A stretch of 64,000 bases of DNA, taken from positions 25,420,001 to 25,484,000 of the forward strand of contig OX597826.1 of assembly GCA_951406725.2 (NCBI GenBank), in the 5' to 3' direction. Position 1 is the first letter of the stretch. Each line of letters opens with the position of its first letter. A program made the translations under genes and the position numbers. The notes below the pieces were generated by a model. It did no database searches. It saw nothing but the letters and a program-made list of their open reading frames with translations, and had not been told where the DNA came from. Below are positions 1 through 12,539 of this stretch, piece after piece. The stretch is from Octopus vulgaris. Its lineage: Eukaryota.

Positions 1-354
1 ATTTGTCTGTTCTGGCATGGTTTCTATAGCTGGATGCCCTTCCTAACACCAACCACTCCACAATGTGTACTGGGTGCTTTTTATATGATACCAGCATCCA
101 TTTCAATTTAACAGCTGTAAACATATGTCTAAGTTTATTTTGAAGAATTGGAAAATTCCGTCTATACCTGATTAACTTGTCGATATCTTTCCAGCCTTAT
201 AATTTAATGTCTAAGGAGCATAACTCTTCTACCTTCTTTGATTTTTACTTATACATTTTCTGTTTTTTTTAACCTGTCATGTTTTCTATGTTTCCTTCTC
301 AACTTTTCGTGTTTCTTCTCTCATTCAATTTATATTTCATTATGATATGTAGTT

Positions 355-411
355 TGTGCCTGATGAATACATTTGAGGTATTTCTCAAAGTATGAAACTC
401 TTAGTAACACA
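355..411 (+). ncRNA. Type I hammerhead ribozyme motif (Penelope-like pLTR remnant)
   Basis: tgtgc-CTGATGA(360-366)-stem II atac(a)tttgag/ctcaaagtat-GAAAC(394-398)-helix III act/agt-GTA triplet-acaca; one mismatch at the base of helix I. Confidence 0.7.
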
Positions 412-457
412 TAAATACATGTATTGTGTCTATTAAGTAATATTTATCTCTCACCAT

Positions 458-758
458 GGAGGCACATGGCCTAGGGGTTAGAGCAGCAGACTCGCAGTCG
501 AGGGATCGCGGGTTCGAATCTCAGACCGGGCGATGAGTGTGTTTATGAGCGAAACACCTAAGCTACACATGGATCCGGCAGAAGGTAATGGCGAACTTCT
601 GCTGACTCTTTCGCCACAACTTTCTCTCACTCTTTCCTCCTGTATCTTGCAGCACACCTGCGATGGGCCGGCGTCCCGCTCAGGTGGGGAATCTATATGC
701 CAAAGAAACCGGGAAACCGGGCCTTATGAGCCAGGCGTGGCTCAAGAAGGAACAAACA

Positions 759-760
<2 letters not shown>
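458..760 (+). mobile_element. tRNA-derived SINE (family C)
   Basis: A box TGGCCTAGGGG and B box GGTTCGAATC in a tRNA-like head; body homologous to 53815-53980; ends in an A-rich/(TA)n tail. Confidence 0.8.
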
Positions 761-829
<69 letters not shown>

Positions 830-830
830 T

Positions 831-1160
831 GGAGATGTACTCGCATAGCAAGTAATTTGATCTGAGATCGTGTGCTGAAACGAAAACAATTGCAGCGTGG
901 AAGGTGTTTATAAGCCATTTAAGAAACACACAAAAGCCGTTCGATTCACTTCAACATTTAAGTTTAATTTGTCAAAATATTTTCGTCGCTAAAATCCGCG
1001 ACTTGTTCACTGACAAAAACGGATTTTTGTCAGTGAACAGGTCGCGGTCTTAAAGCGACGAAAATATTTTGACAAATTAAACTTAAATGTTGAAGTGAAT
1101 CGAACGGCTTTTGTGTGTTTCTTAAATGGCTTATAAACACCTTCCACGCTGCAATTGTTT
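831..1160. mobile_element. Non-autonomous Penelope-like inverted-repeat element (~135-bp arms) in (TA)n, with a G3:C8 hammerhead in each arm
   Basis: Near-perfect inverted repeat ~884-1019 / ~1024-1160, one-sided extension 831-883, (TA)n on both flanks. Confidence 0.7.
1026..1076 (+). ncRNA. Minimal hammerhead with G3:C8 core (mirror copy 968-1017 on minus)
   Basis: tttgtca-GTGAACA-g-gtcgc..gcgac-GAAA-atattt-tgacaaa; 7-bp helix I, 5-bp helix II, palindromic AATATT helix III. Confidence 0.65.
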
Positions 1161-1858
1161 ATATATAAATATATATATATATATGAGTGTGTGTATGTGA
1201 GAAATTATGATATATGTGTATGTATGTGTGTCCATATTTAGCACCCCTAGTTTGTTTACATCCCCATAACTTAGCAGTTCTACCAAAGAACTGATAAAAT
1301 AAGTACCAGACTTAAAAATAAAACAAAAGAGAACCTGGGTTGATTTTGCTCAACTCAACCCTTTTATGGCAATGCTCCAGCATGAACACAATGAAAACAT
1401 ACAATATTTCCGAATTCCTAAAAAATTTACTGAAATCTGAAAAGGAAAAGAAAAAAAAAAAAAAACAGTTCAGAATCCAAAACACTTCCGGTCCCAAACA
1501 TTTCGGATAAAGTAGTAGTAGTAGTAGTGGTGGTGGTGGTAGCAGTGCCAACTTTTGTGGCAGTGTTGGTGGTTGGCTTTTGATGTAAGACATGATGTTA
1601 TTAGTTCAAACAGACATGCTCTCTCTCTCTCACCCCTCCCCACAGCCCCTGCAACCCCTTCCATATCACCAATGTGAAATTAGAGATTTAACATTTGACA
1701 TTTTGCAGGGATTGTCTACAAGGACATGGGGATAGTCAGGAGTGGGACTGGCTGAATGAGAGCAAAGGGAGAGAGAGAAGAGAAGTGTATGTGTGGGGGG
1801 GAGGATTGGAAAAAAGAGAAGGATGACAAAGAGGGGAAGGGAGAAGAAAAGAAAGTAA

Positions 1859-1892
<34 letters not shown>

Positions 1893-2901
1893 GAAGCCAG
1901 ATGAGAGAGAAAGGGTTAACAGGGAAAAAATGAAAAAAAGCAAATAAAAGCTAGAGGAATAGAATTAAAAAAGATAGGAATTTCCTTGCCATTCACAATA
2001 TTTTTTTTGGGGGGGGGTCTCTAATCTAACAGTGCATTGCAACAGGCTTGTTGCAAAAATGCAGATTGGGTGCAACTTGCAGGCTGGATGTGACCTGAGC
2101 ATCATGTGTGCTTGACAGCCTTGGATTAACCCCGTTAGCACTTAAACCGGCCATATCCAGTTGAGATATTCCATTACTAATAATAGTTATGGTGGTGATA
2201 TGGATCTGTGGAAAACAGCTAAGTAGGGGACCCAACAGATATCAATAACCCCAACACACACACACACTCACACACACACACGCGCACACACACACACACA
2301 TACACACACACATGCACACACACATCAACAAAGAATATTTGGGAAACCCACCAGAACGTTCAACAATGAACATTTAACTCGTTATTCTCCCACTGCTTCG
2401 CTCCACACACTGCAACAGCTGTCTGACATGCTTGCTTATGCGGGTATATGAGACTGCGGCCATGCTGGGGCACCGCCTTGAAGAAACAGACGCTGGCCTT
2501 ACCAGTTTCTGGTCAAGCTGTCTAACCCATGCCAGCATGGAAAACAGATGTTAAATGATGATGATGATGATGATATACTGATTAGTTATAAGATTCATTA
2601 GAATCTAGGTGCATGGCTCAGTGGTTAGAGCAGTGTTTTCCAAACTGTGTGCCGCCAGTAGGGTGTGAGTGTGTCACAAACCTACAGGAAACCAGTATAT
2701 AAAATACCCAATACCAATTTGTTTCAGCTTTTCAGAATCTCTTTGTTAGCAAACCTATCAATGAATGTACCTGTTAGCTATTGTTTCCCATTTAATGTTT
2801 GGAGGCAAGATTAAAAAAAAAAAAAAAAAGAAGAAAGGCACAAGTAATCTTCATTAAATAATGCTCGTTTTCATTGTAGTTTATTCAATGTAAAAGAATT
2901 A

Positions 2902-3363
2902 TTTACATTTGATGGATATTTGTCATCTTGTTTGTTGTTAACACAATGTTTCAGCTGATATACCCTCCAGCCTTCATCAGGTGTCTTGGGGAAATTACGA
3001 ACCTGGGTTCTCATTCCTAAGGTATTTTTCGGTGTTGTTGTTATTAATTTATTCAGGTCACTACTGGGAATCGAACTCGGAATTTTGGGGTTAGTAGCCT
3101 GCACTCTTAACCACTATGCCATATGCGTAGTGAATAAATTAACCACTACGCCATATGCATGGTGAATAAATTAATAATAATAACAAGAACACCAAAAAGT
3201 ACCTTAGGAATGAGAACCCAGGTTCGCAATTTTCCCAAGACAGCTGATGAAGCCTGGAGGATATATCAGCTGAAACGTTGTGTTAACAACAAACAAGATG
3301 AGGACTAATACCTGTCAAATGTAAATAATGTACCTAATTCCTCATCTCTTAAATATAGAACTG
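2902..3363. mobile_element. tRNA-headed, hammerhead-bearing inverted-repeat retroelement nested in the hAT
   Basis: 10-bp direct repeat aaaagaatta at 2892-2901 and 3364-3373; inverted arms ~2900-3053 / ~3163-3329; tRNA-like A/B boxes on minus ~3060-3127; CTGATGA..GAAAC in both arms. Confidence 0.72.
3239..3284 (+). ncRNA. Minimal type I hammerhead (mirror copy 2940-2985 on minus)
   Basis: gaca(c/g)-CTGATGA-a-g(g/c)ctg..cagct-GAAAC-GTT-gtgtt; palindromic AACGTT helix III; each copy has 1-2 lesions. Confidence 0.7.
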
Positions 3364-3834
3364 AAAAGAATTAATATATTGCAAACACTCTTCTCTTATC
3401 TGAAGTAAACTGAAAATCAATTAAAAATTTGCAAATCCTCACCTGTGCAAATCCGCACACTAGAACTGCTTTCAAATTGCCTAAAGTTATTGCTCACCTA
3501 TACTGGTATTATGCATTACTGGGGGTGAATTAATAATTATGAAATCACATTTTAACTCATGACACTCTTGTCCCTTGTTCATCAGTCTCGCAAGCTTAGC
3601 CTTAGGAACTGAGTGTTCTAATTAAGTGCAACTTGCCATCTCTAATTTTATCATGCTTAGTGCCGGTGAAATTAATTACATGTTTAGTTATCATAACTTT
3701 ATAATAAATCAACTTAGTTTTATTCATAAATTGTAATTAAATTACCAATAAAATGGATAAGTTTTTAATTATGAAAAGAAAAGTTGCAGAAGATGGCATT
3801 TCTAATTAACAAAATTTGTTCTAATGAACATAGG

Positions 3835-4287
3835 TATGCAAGGAAAAGCAGAAAATATCTTAACATCGGCTGATAAAATCTATGCTTTGAGAGACGAGAT
3901 AACAATTTGGAAATGCAAAATAAAAGAAGGAAATTTTGAAATGTTTTCCAAAACTTGTTAATTGTTGACCATTTAACATTGCTTAGAGAAAAACTTGATT
4001 ATTATTTTCCAAATATTGAAAACCAAAACTATGATTGGATCAGAAATCTATTTCTTGCAACTGCAACGATTGATTTTTCACTTACCGAAGAACTAGCTGA
4101 AATCAAGAATGATCGGTGTCTGTTATTGATTTATGAAGAGGGGAACTTACAGAACTTTTGGATTCATGTCTCAAAGAAGCATTCAAACCTAGCTAAAAAA
4201 GCTTTACAAATTCTTTTGCAGTTTTCTACTACATACATTTGTGAAGCATCTTTTTCAGCAACGCGAAACTTATACATCAAAATATAG
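3835..4287 (+). pseudogene. hAT transposase C-terminal remnant (dimerisation domain, ZBED8/SCAND3-like)
   Basis: FW..VSKKHSNLAKKALQILLQFSTTYICEASFS motif in ORF 3955-4287; an upstream frame gives IYALRDEITIWKCKIKEGNFEMF. Confidence 0.85.
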
Positions 4288-4546
4288 AAAAGTGAAAATG
4301 CTTGATAATGAAATGCGTGCCATTGTCTACTATTCCACCGAATATCCAAAATCTCTGTTCTTCCCATCAAGGTCATGTATCTCACTGAAACAGTAAGTTA
4401 TAATAATTTCTTTTTTTATTAATCCTTGCAAATATTTACAGATTATTATCGATAAATGATAACTCACATTTCTCATGAAAATGTATTTTACTTTGCTTAC
4501 AAGTTTTATATTTATAAAATATAAATGAAAGGTTTGGAAAACACTG

Positions 4547-4850
4547 GGTTACGGCATCGGATTCACAACCATGAGATAATGAGTTCGATTCTCAGATTGG
4601 GCAATGTGTTGTGTTCTTGAGCAAGACACTTTATTTCACATTGCTCCAGTTCACTCAGCAGTAGAAATGAGTTGCAACATCGCTGGTGCCAAGCCTTTGC
4701 CTTGGATAACATTGGTGGCATGGAGTGGGGAGGCTGGTATGCATGGGTGACTGTGAGTTTTTCACAAACAACCTTGCCCAGACTTGTGCCTCGGAAGGGA
4801 ACTTTCTAGGTGCAACCCCATGGTTGTTCATGACTGAAGGAGGTCTTTAC
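4547..4850 (+). mobile_element. tRNA/CORE-like SINE (family D), 3' part of the hAT-split copy
   Basis: B box GAGTTCGATTC followed by gtgttcttgagcaagacact; related copies at 11652-11960 (+), ~15050-15250 (-), ~58340-58580 (-), ~59280-59520 (-). Confidence 0.7.
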
Positions 4851-5397
4851 TCATTACCTTTTAGAATGTAGGCATATCAACAAGTAGGGCATCAGAAATG
4901 GCTAGGTACAATAACATAGAGTTTACAGTGAGGTAGAAGAATCAGTAAAGTATCATGTTAGTAAGTGCCAAATCCAGTTTAAACTTTAGATCCGACTCAG
5001 GGCTGGTTCTAGGTGTGGCGTTGGTATAAAAAAGAACACAGGCATGGCTGTATGGTAAGAAGCTTGCTTCCCAACTACATGGTTCCAGGTTCAGTCCAAC
5101 TGTGTGGCACTCTGGGCAAATGTCTTCTATTATAACCTTGGGCTGATCAAAAGCCTTGTGAGTGAATTTAGACAGAAACTGCATGAAGCCCATCGTATAT
5201 ATATATAGGCTCCTAAAGATGGTGTGTCTGTATTTGTTCCCCATCACAATGCTTGGCAACAGGTGTTAGTGAGTTTATGTCCCGTAACTTAGCAGTTTGG
5301 CAAAGAGATTGACAGTATAAGTACCAGGCTTAACAAAAAAAAAAGTACTGGTCAATTCATTTGACTAAAATTCTCCAAGGTGGTGCCACAGTAAAAG

Positions 5398-5438
<41 letters not shown>

Positions 5439-6074
5439 AAATAACAAAGACAGCTATACACAATATAAAACAAAAAAGGAAAAATTCAATTGTCAGTAAT
5501 TGTGACTGAGGGTGTCAGGTAGTGTCTACATTGCTAGAAATAAGAGTTAAAAAACTTTGGAGCTGCAAGAAAGCACATTTTCATATACTGACAGGGGAGA
5601 AAATGGCCACAAAGCGAGCGAGATCACTATACTACATATATATATATATATATATATATGACAGGCTTCTTTTAGTTTCTGCTTACCAAATCCGTACAAA
5701 GGTTTTAGTTGGCCGGTGGGACTGAATCCAAGGCCATATGGTTGGAAAGCAAGTTTCTCCTTAAGAATGTCATGCTCACATCCCATATGGTTCTGATGGC
5801 TCTGCTAATTTGACATTTGGTACTTATTTTATCAAATGTGACAAGATTTGGAATTGGCATGGAATCAGACCACAAACTCAATCATAGCAAATCATAATTG
5901 TCTGTTAAATCTACCAATTCCGCCATTCGATGGGGTTCCTCAAGAAGAAAATATATATCTAAAGGAATATATTTCTGGTTGTAAGAGCAAGTGGTATGTC
6001 TGGAGCCTGAGGCAACATTTCAATTAGTTTCTGACAACTTACACTTTAGTCTCACACACACACACAATTCCTAA

Positions 6075-6112
<38 letters not shown>

Positions 6113-6421
6113 CTATCTGAGTCCATCCATTCTTGTTTGTTCTGCATCTCCACTATTTTCATTACACCATATTGATAAATATGGTGCAATAATGATAATG
6201 ATGATGAGCGTCATCATTATCATCATCATCATTACCACCACAACTACCATGATCATCAATACCACTACCATCACCTTTACCATCATCATCATCTTCACCA
6301 TCTTTACTCTTTCACGATCTCTGTTTCTCCTATCCAACCTTTCACTAACTTGCCCTTATCCCCCATCATTATCTCATTCCTCCCACCCCACTTACCTGTC
6401 TGTCTGTTTATATACATACAT

Positions 6422-6461
<40 letters not shown>

Positions 6462-6553
6462 CATTGGGCACAAGCATGACTGTGTAGTTAAGAAGTTTGC
6501 TCTGCAACAACATGGCCTCAGGTTCAATCCCACATACATATGTATATATATAC

Positions 6554-6601
<48 letters not shown>

Positions 6602-6606
<5 letters not shown>

Positions 6607-9460
6607 AGATTTTCTGGGCAGGGAACACTGACGGGGTCGGGGGCATGGGTATACTTCTTGCGGAGAAATGGGTAGGTAAGTTAATCGAGGTAGTCAGAGT
6701 ATGTGACAGAGTAATTAAAATTAGATTAGTCCTTCACCATAGGACAGCTACCATCATCTCGGCATATGCCCCTCAACCAGGGCTACCGGAAGGACAAAAA
6801 GACCAATTCTATGACACCCTATTGCGGACTACCTCGTTGACAAATGACAGTGACCTTCTCTTCGTGGCAGGTGATTTCAATGGACATGTTGGACGGCATG
6901 TCGGGGGCTTCCATGGTGTCCATGGAGGCTACGGTTTTGGCTCTCGTAATGAGGAGGGAACCAGGCTGCTGGAGTTCTGCGATGCAAATGACCTTATGGT
7001 CTGCAATACCAACTTCAGGAAACCCACCTCTCACCTAGTCACCTACCGTTCTGGCAGACACACCAGCCAGATTGACTACATCCTTGCCAGAAAAAGGGAA
7101 AGAGGGCTGATTATAAATGCCAAAACCTTTCCAGGTGAAGAATGTACTCCTCAACATAGATTAGTAGTTAGCGACTTCAGGATCAGAGCTAAATGGTTGC
7201 CCAGAAGAAGACCAGCTTGGAGGAGAAGGGTCTGGAAGCTTAAAGATCCTGCAAATGGACAGAGATTTAGAGACATACTACTCGGAGCCTTTGACGAAAT
7301 AGAAGGGGATATAGCTTCACTTAATGTGGAAGACAAATGGAGATTTCTACGGGACAATCTGCTGACAGCCACTGACCAGATCTGTGGATAGAGCAAAGTA
7401 CCATCTCGACCCAGAGTAACATGGTGGTGGAACACTGTGGTTGACAGGGCTATTAGACAAAAGAGACAGGCTTGGAAGGACTGGAAGAACGGTGGTAGCA
7501 GGGAATTGTATCAGACAGCCAGAAGGGAAGCTAGGAGACAGGTTTATTTAGCCAGAGGGGAAGCAGATAAGAAAAAATTTGCCAATGTTCTGAGCCGTGT
7601 GGATGAAAGACTTGAGGTATTTCGTGTTGCAAGACAGTGTGTGAGAGAGAATTGTGATGTGGTAGGAGAGAAGTGTGTTCGCATGGATGATGGTTCACTT
7701 GCGCTAAATGAGGATGCAAAGAGAGAGGTTTGGAGATGCCACTATGAAAGGTTGCTGAATAAAGAAAATGAATGGGATAAAGAGAGTCTGCCGAATGTTG
7801 ACCCAACAGAGGGACCAGCTATCCGAGTTGATAGTTCCGTGGTAGCTAAGGCAATTAGAAGCATGAAGACAGGGAAAGCCCCAGGCCCATCAGGAATTAC
7901 TGCAGAGATGCTCAAAATATCTGGCAGTGTCGGCTATAACCTAGTCACCCGTATAGTCAACCAGGTGATACACGAAGGAGTCATATCCAATGACTGGTGT
8001 AGCAGCATACTAGTCAACTGCTACAAAGGTAAAGGTGATGCCCTAGATACAAATAATTACAGAGGTATCAAGCTGTTGGATCAGGTAATGAAGGTCACGG
8101 AGAGGGTCATAGCCCAACTAATTAGAGAGAGAGTTAGTTTAGATGAGATGCAGTTTGGGTTCGTGCCAGGGAAAAGCACCACTGATGCTATATTCCTGGT
8201 AAGGCAGCTGCAGGAGAAATACCTAGCCAAAGATAAGCCCCTGTACCTGGCTTTCGTTGACATGGAGAAAGCCTTTGATAGGGTCTCCCAATCCTTCATC
8301 TGGTGGTCAATGAGGAAACTAGGGATAGATGAATGGCTGGTGAGGGCTGTGCAAGCCATGTACAGAGATGCCGTAAGTAAGGTTAGGGTTGGCAACATGT
8401 ACCCAGAAGAATTCAAAGTAGAGGTTGGGATCCACCAGGGTTCAGTACTCAGCCCCCTCCCATAGTCTTCCAGGCAATTGTGGAGGAATTCCAGACAGGT
8501 TGCCCCTGGGAGCTCCTCTATGCTGACGACCTTGCTCTAATTGCTGAGTCACTATCAGAACTGGAGGAGAAGTTCCAGGTGTGGAAGGAGGGTTTAGAAT
8601 CGAGGGGCCTTAGCTAAAACCAAAGTACTAATAAGTAGAAAGGTAGACAATCCACAAATTGTCCTCAGGAAGATGGCCCTGCTCGATCTGTAGAAAAGGT
8701 GTGGGTAGAAACTCTAAGATGTACCCAGTGTAAGCTATGGACACATAAGAGGTGCAGCAATGTCAAAGGTAGGCTAACTGGGAAGATAGTTTTTGTATGT
8801 GGCAGATGCTCGGGAGCATTGACCTCCAAAAATCTGCAGAAAACAACTTCCGTCACTTTCCAGGGGGAAAAACTAGAAGTAGTTGATAGCTTCCGTTATC
8901 TAGGTGACCAAGTCAGTAGTGGGAGTGGGTGCGCTGAGAGTGTAACAGCTAGAATAAGAATAGCCTGGGCAAAGTTTAGGGAGCTCTTACCTCTGCTGGT
9001 GACTAAAGGCCTCTCGCTCAGAGTAAAAGGCAGACTGTATGATGCATGTGTACGAACTGCCATGCTACATGGCAGTGAAACATGGGCCGTGACTGCTGAG
9101 GACATGCGTAAGCTCATGAGAAATGAAGCCAGTATGCTCCGATGGATGTGTAATGTCAGTGTACTTACTCGACAGAGCGTTAGTTCCTTGAGAGAAATGT
9201 TGTACCTAAGAAGCATCAGTTGTGGTGTGCAAGAGAGACGATTGCGCTGGTATGGTCATGTGGCGAGAATGGATGAAGATAGGTGTGTGAGAAAGTGCCA
9301 ATCCCTAGCAGTTGAGGGAACCCGTGGAAGAGGTAGACCCAGGAAAACCTGGGACGAGGTGGTGAAGCACGACCTTCGAACGTTAGGTCTCACCATGGAA
9401 ATGACTAGAGACCGAGACCTATGGAAGTATGCTGTGCGTGAGAAGACCCGGCAAGACTAG
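6602..9460 (+). pseudogene. RTE ORF: AP endonuclease, reverse transcriptase, embedded PHD-like finger; disrupted
   Basis: AYAPQ, GDFNGHVG, IDYIL; KAPGPSG, QFGF, FVDMEKAFD, GIHQGSVLSP, YADD (~8519-8530), FRYLG, RLRWYGHV, GRPRKTW; stop at 7389-7391 and frameshifts near 8461, ~8610 and ~8712. Confidence 0.92.
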
Positions 9461-9632
9461 TGAAGCCATAACATGTGGCCCCTACCTGGGACGTAGTCAG
9501 TCCACCTGTGCATACCTTCCTTCTTGTGACACTTGTGAAGACCTGTTGAGGCAAGTGAAAATCAAATCAAATCAAATCAAATCAAACCAAATCAAAATAG
9601 ATGAACATCAATGGAATTTGTATCCTTGTGGT

Positions 9633-9846
9633 ACCAGTGCCGGTGGCACATAACAAAACCATCCGAACGTGACCGTAGCCAGTACCGCATCGACTGGCCT
9701 CCGTGCTGTGGGCACATAACAAACACCATCCGATCGTGGCCGTTCGCCAGCCTCGTCTGGCACCTGTGTCGGTGGCACATAAGAAAACACCATCCGAGCG
9801 TGGCCGTCTGCCAGCCTCGTCTGGCACCTGTGTCGGTGGCACATAA
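9633..9846 (+). repeat. ~60-bp tandem repeats in the RTE 3'UTR
   Basis: Repeated ggtggcacata..aaaaccatccga..gtggccg units; also at ~16690-16995 and ~12555-12640. Confidence 0.8.
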
Positions 9847-10111
9847 AATCACCCACTACACTCTCGGAGTGGTTGGCGTTAGGAAGGGCATCCAGCTGTA
9901 GAAACACTGCCAGATCTGACTGGCCTGGTGCAGCCTTCGGGCTTGCCAGACCCCAGTTGAACCGTCCAACCCATGCTAGCATGGAAAGCGGACTTTAAAC
10001 GATGATGATGATGATGATACATATATATACATATATATACACATATATACATATATATACATATATATATATAAATATATATATATACACACACACACTC
10101 TCTCTCACTTA

Positions 10112-10561
10112 ACTCTTTTACTTGTTTAAGTCATTTGACCGCAGCCATGCTGGAGCACAGCCTTTAGTCGAGCAAATCAACTCCAGGATTTATTCTTTGT
10201 AAGCCTAGTATTTATTCTGTCGTTCTCTTTTGCCGAACCGTTAAGTTACGGGGGACATAAATACACCAGCATCGGTTGTCAAGTGATGTTGGGGATAAAC
10301 ACAGACACACAAACATATACACACACATACATATATATATACATATATACGACGGGCTTCTTTCAGTTTCCGGCTACCAAATCCACCCACAAGGCTTTGG
10401 TCGGCCTGAGGCTATATATATATTCTTTTATTTGTCTCAGTCATTTGATTGTGGCCATGCTGGAGCACCGCCTTTAGTCAAACAAATCGAACAGGGATAT
10501 AAACACACTAGTATCAGTTATCAAGTGATGGGGTGGGGGCAAACACAGACACACAAATATA

Positions 10562-10597
<36 letters not shown>

Positions 10598-10758
10598 ACA
10601 AGCTTCTTTCAGTTTCCATCTACCAAATCCACTCACAAGGCTTTGGTTGGCCCAAAGCTATAGTAGAAGACACTTGCCCAAGGTGCCACGCAGTGGGTCT
10701 GAACCAGGAACCATGTGGTTGGTAAACAAGCTACTTACCACACAGCCACTCCTGCGCC
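10112..10758 (-). mobile_element. tRNA-derived SINE family A (internal microsatellite), composite copy
   Basis: Head aggcgcaggagtggctgtgtggtaag..., CORE-like ccttgggcaagtgtcttct, internal (TA)n/(TG)n, tail gactgaaacaagtaaaagag. Confidence 0.85.
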
Positions 10759-11009
10759 TATATATATATGATATTTACTCTGTGAACTATGATGAAAAAT
10801 TATAAGAAAGTTTTGATATATAATTTTTTGGTGCAGGTGTTCCTTCACACATGTAATTTATTTTAAGGTTTATGCAAAGATAAAACAGTTGAGGAACACT
10901 GTTCTAGATTGTCCCCCAAAAAGCAAACCAAAAGAAAAGAAAACCTGCTGAGCTATAAACGGTGAGGCTTGTTGACATTTTCCTGTCAACATATAAACAC
11001 ACATATGTT

Positions 11010-11047
<38 letters not shown>

Positions 11048-12539
11048 TACATACACACACTTATTATCAAAGCAGACAGATCAATGAACCACATTTACCA
11101 TCACATTGTACCAAATGATGTTCACATCAGATCTCTCTACAAATAACAAAGGTGTATAACTTAACTGATTAGAACATGGGGAAATGTGTGTGTGTGTATA
11201 TATATAATATGATTGTATGCATGTATCTTTAATCTTTTACTTGGTTCAGTTATTAGACTGTGGCCATGCAGCGGCACCGCCTTGAAGAATTTTAGCTGAA
11301 AAAAATCAACTTCAATACTTATCATATTTTTCATAAAGCCTGGTACTTATTCTGTTGGTCTCTCTTGTTGAACCATATAAGTTATGGGGATGTAAACCCA
11401 CCAACACTGGTTGCTGAGTGGTGGTGGGGACAAACACAGACACAATCACACACACTCACTCGAGGGACTTCTTTCAGTTTCTGTCTACCAAATCCACTCA
11501 CAAGGCTTTGGTCAGCCTGAGGCCAAAGTAGAAGATACTTGTCCAAGATGCCACACAGTGGGATTGAACCTAAAACCATGTGGTTGAGAAGCAAAGTTCT
11601 TACCACAGAGCCAAACCTGCAAATATATATATATATATATAAATCACAGATGAAGGTGCATTGCCTAGTGGTTGGTGTGTTGGAATCTCAAGATTGTGGT
11701 TTCAATTCCTGGACTAGGTGGTGCATTGTGTTCTTGAGCAAAACACTTCATCACATTGCTCTGCAATCACTTCGACACTTGAGGCATAGCTCACAGTGCA
11801 CCTGTTCAAACAACATTGATTTGGAGAGAATGAGCTAATGCGTGGCTCAAACAATTGATCACTATAAACATATGATGATGATGATTATAAACAATTCATT
11901 TGTGTAAGTCGTTCGGCAAAAGCTGAACGCTCGTTTGTCATCTTCAATGGGAGAGTTCACCCTATAATTACAGGTATTCATTCATAAGAGAGCAAGAAGA
12001 TAAACACATTCCAACAGGACTTGAATTCAAAGGAGTGAGATGAAGAAACATTTCTTATACAGCTGCCTATCCATTGGTTTCGATGCTGTCTTATATCTAT
12101 TACATCTGCACCACACACACACACACACAAACAAACACCATAGAAGCCATATTAGATGGCATAAAATTTGCACCCTAATTGCAGCAGCCCATTTTAAAGG
12201 GTTACAGAATTAACACAGGTTATAGGAACATAAACCTTCTTCCACGAAAAGATAGCTTAAACTGTGCTCTAAATGGAGGTGTAGTCAAATCCTATTTCAT
12301 GGACTCAACCATGTTCTAAAATAAGTCAAAAGGTAAGCTACTATAAATCGGCATGAACTTTCTGGACAACCCAATATTTGCATATAGGACCCACAGTCAT
12401 TTTTTGAGACATTGTTTTGGGAGGGATAGAAAAAGGTATGCCTTATATGCCACCAAATATACTACATGTTTGTATATGTTGAAGTTTTACTTTGTTGAAA
12501 TCAAAACACTGTTCATGTGCTGGTGTTACGTAATAAGCA

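Larger units (their letters stand above)
2631..4546 (+). mobile_element. hAT (Buster/Charlie-type) DNA transposon, internally deleted
   Basis: TIRs cagtgttttccaaact (2631-2646) / ggtttggaaaacactg (4531-4546); 8-bp TSD ggtTAgag/ggtTAcgg; splits a SINE head (2608-2630 continues at 4547-4850). Confidence 0.88.
6601..10018 (+). mobile_element. RTE-clade LINE, 5'-truncated and inactivated
   Basis: APE endonuclease and RT frames, 3'UTR with tandem repeats and (GAT)n tail (~10001-10018), (TA)n on both sides. Confidence 0.93.

Noticed and set aside
458-532. Functional tRNA gene (also 3060-3127 and 53815-53885)
   Set aside because: A/B boxes present but cloverleaf incomplete, and each runs into a repeat body; these are SINE-type heads
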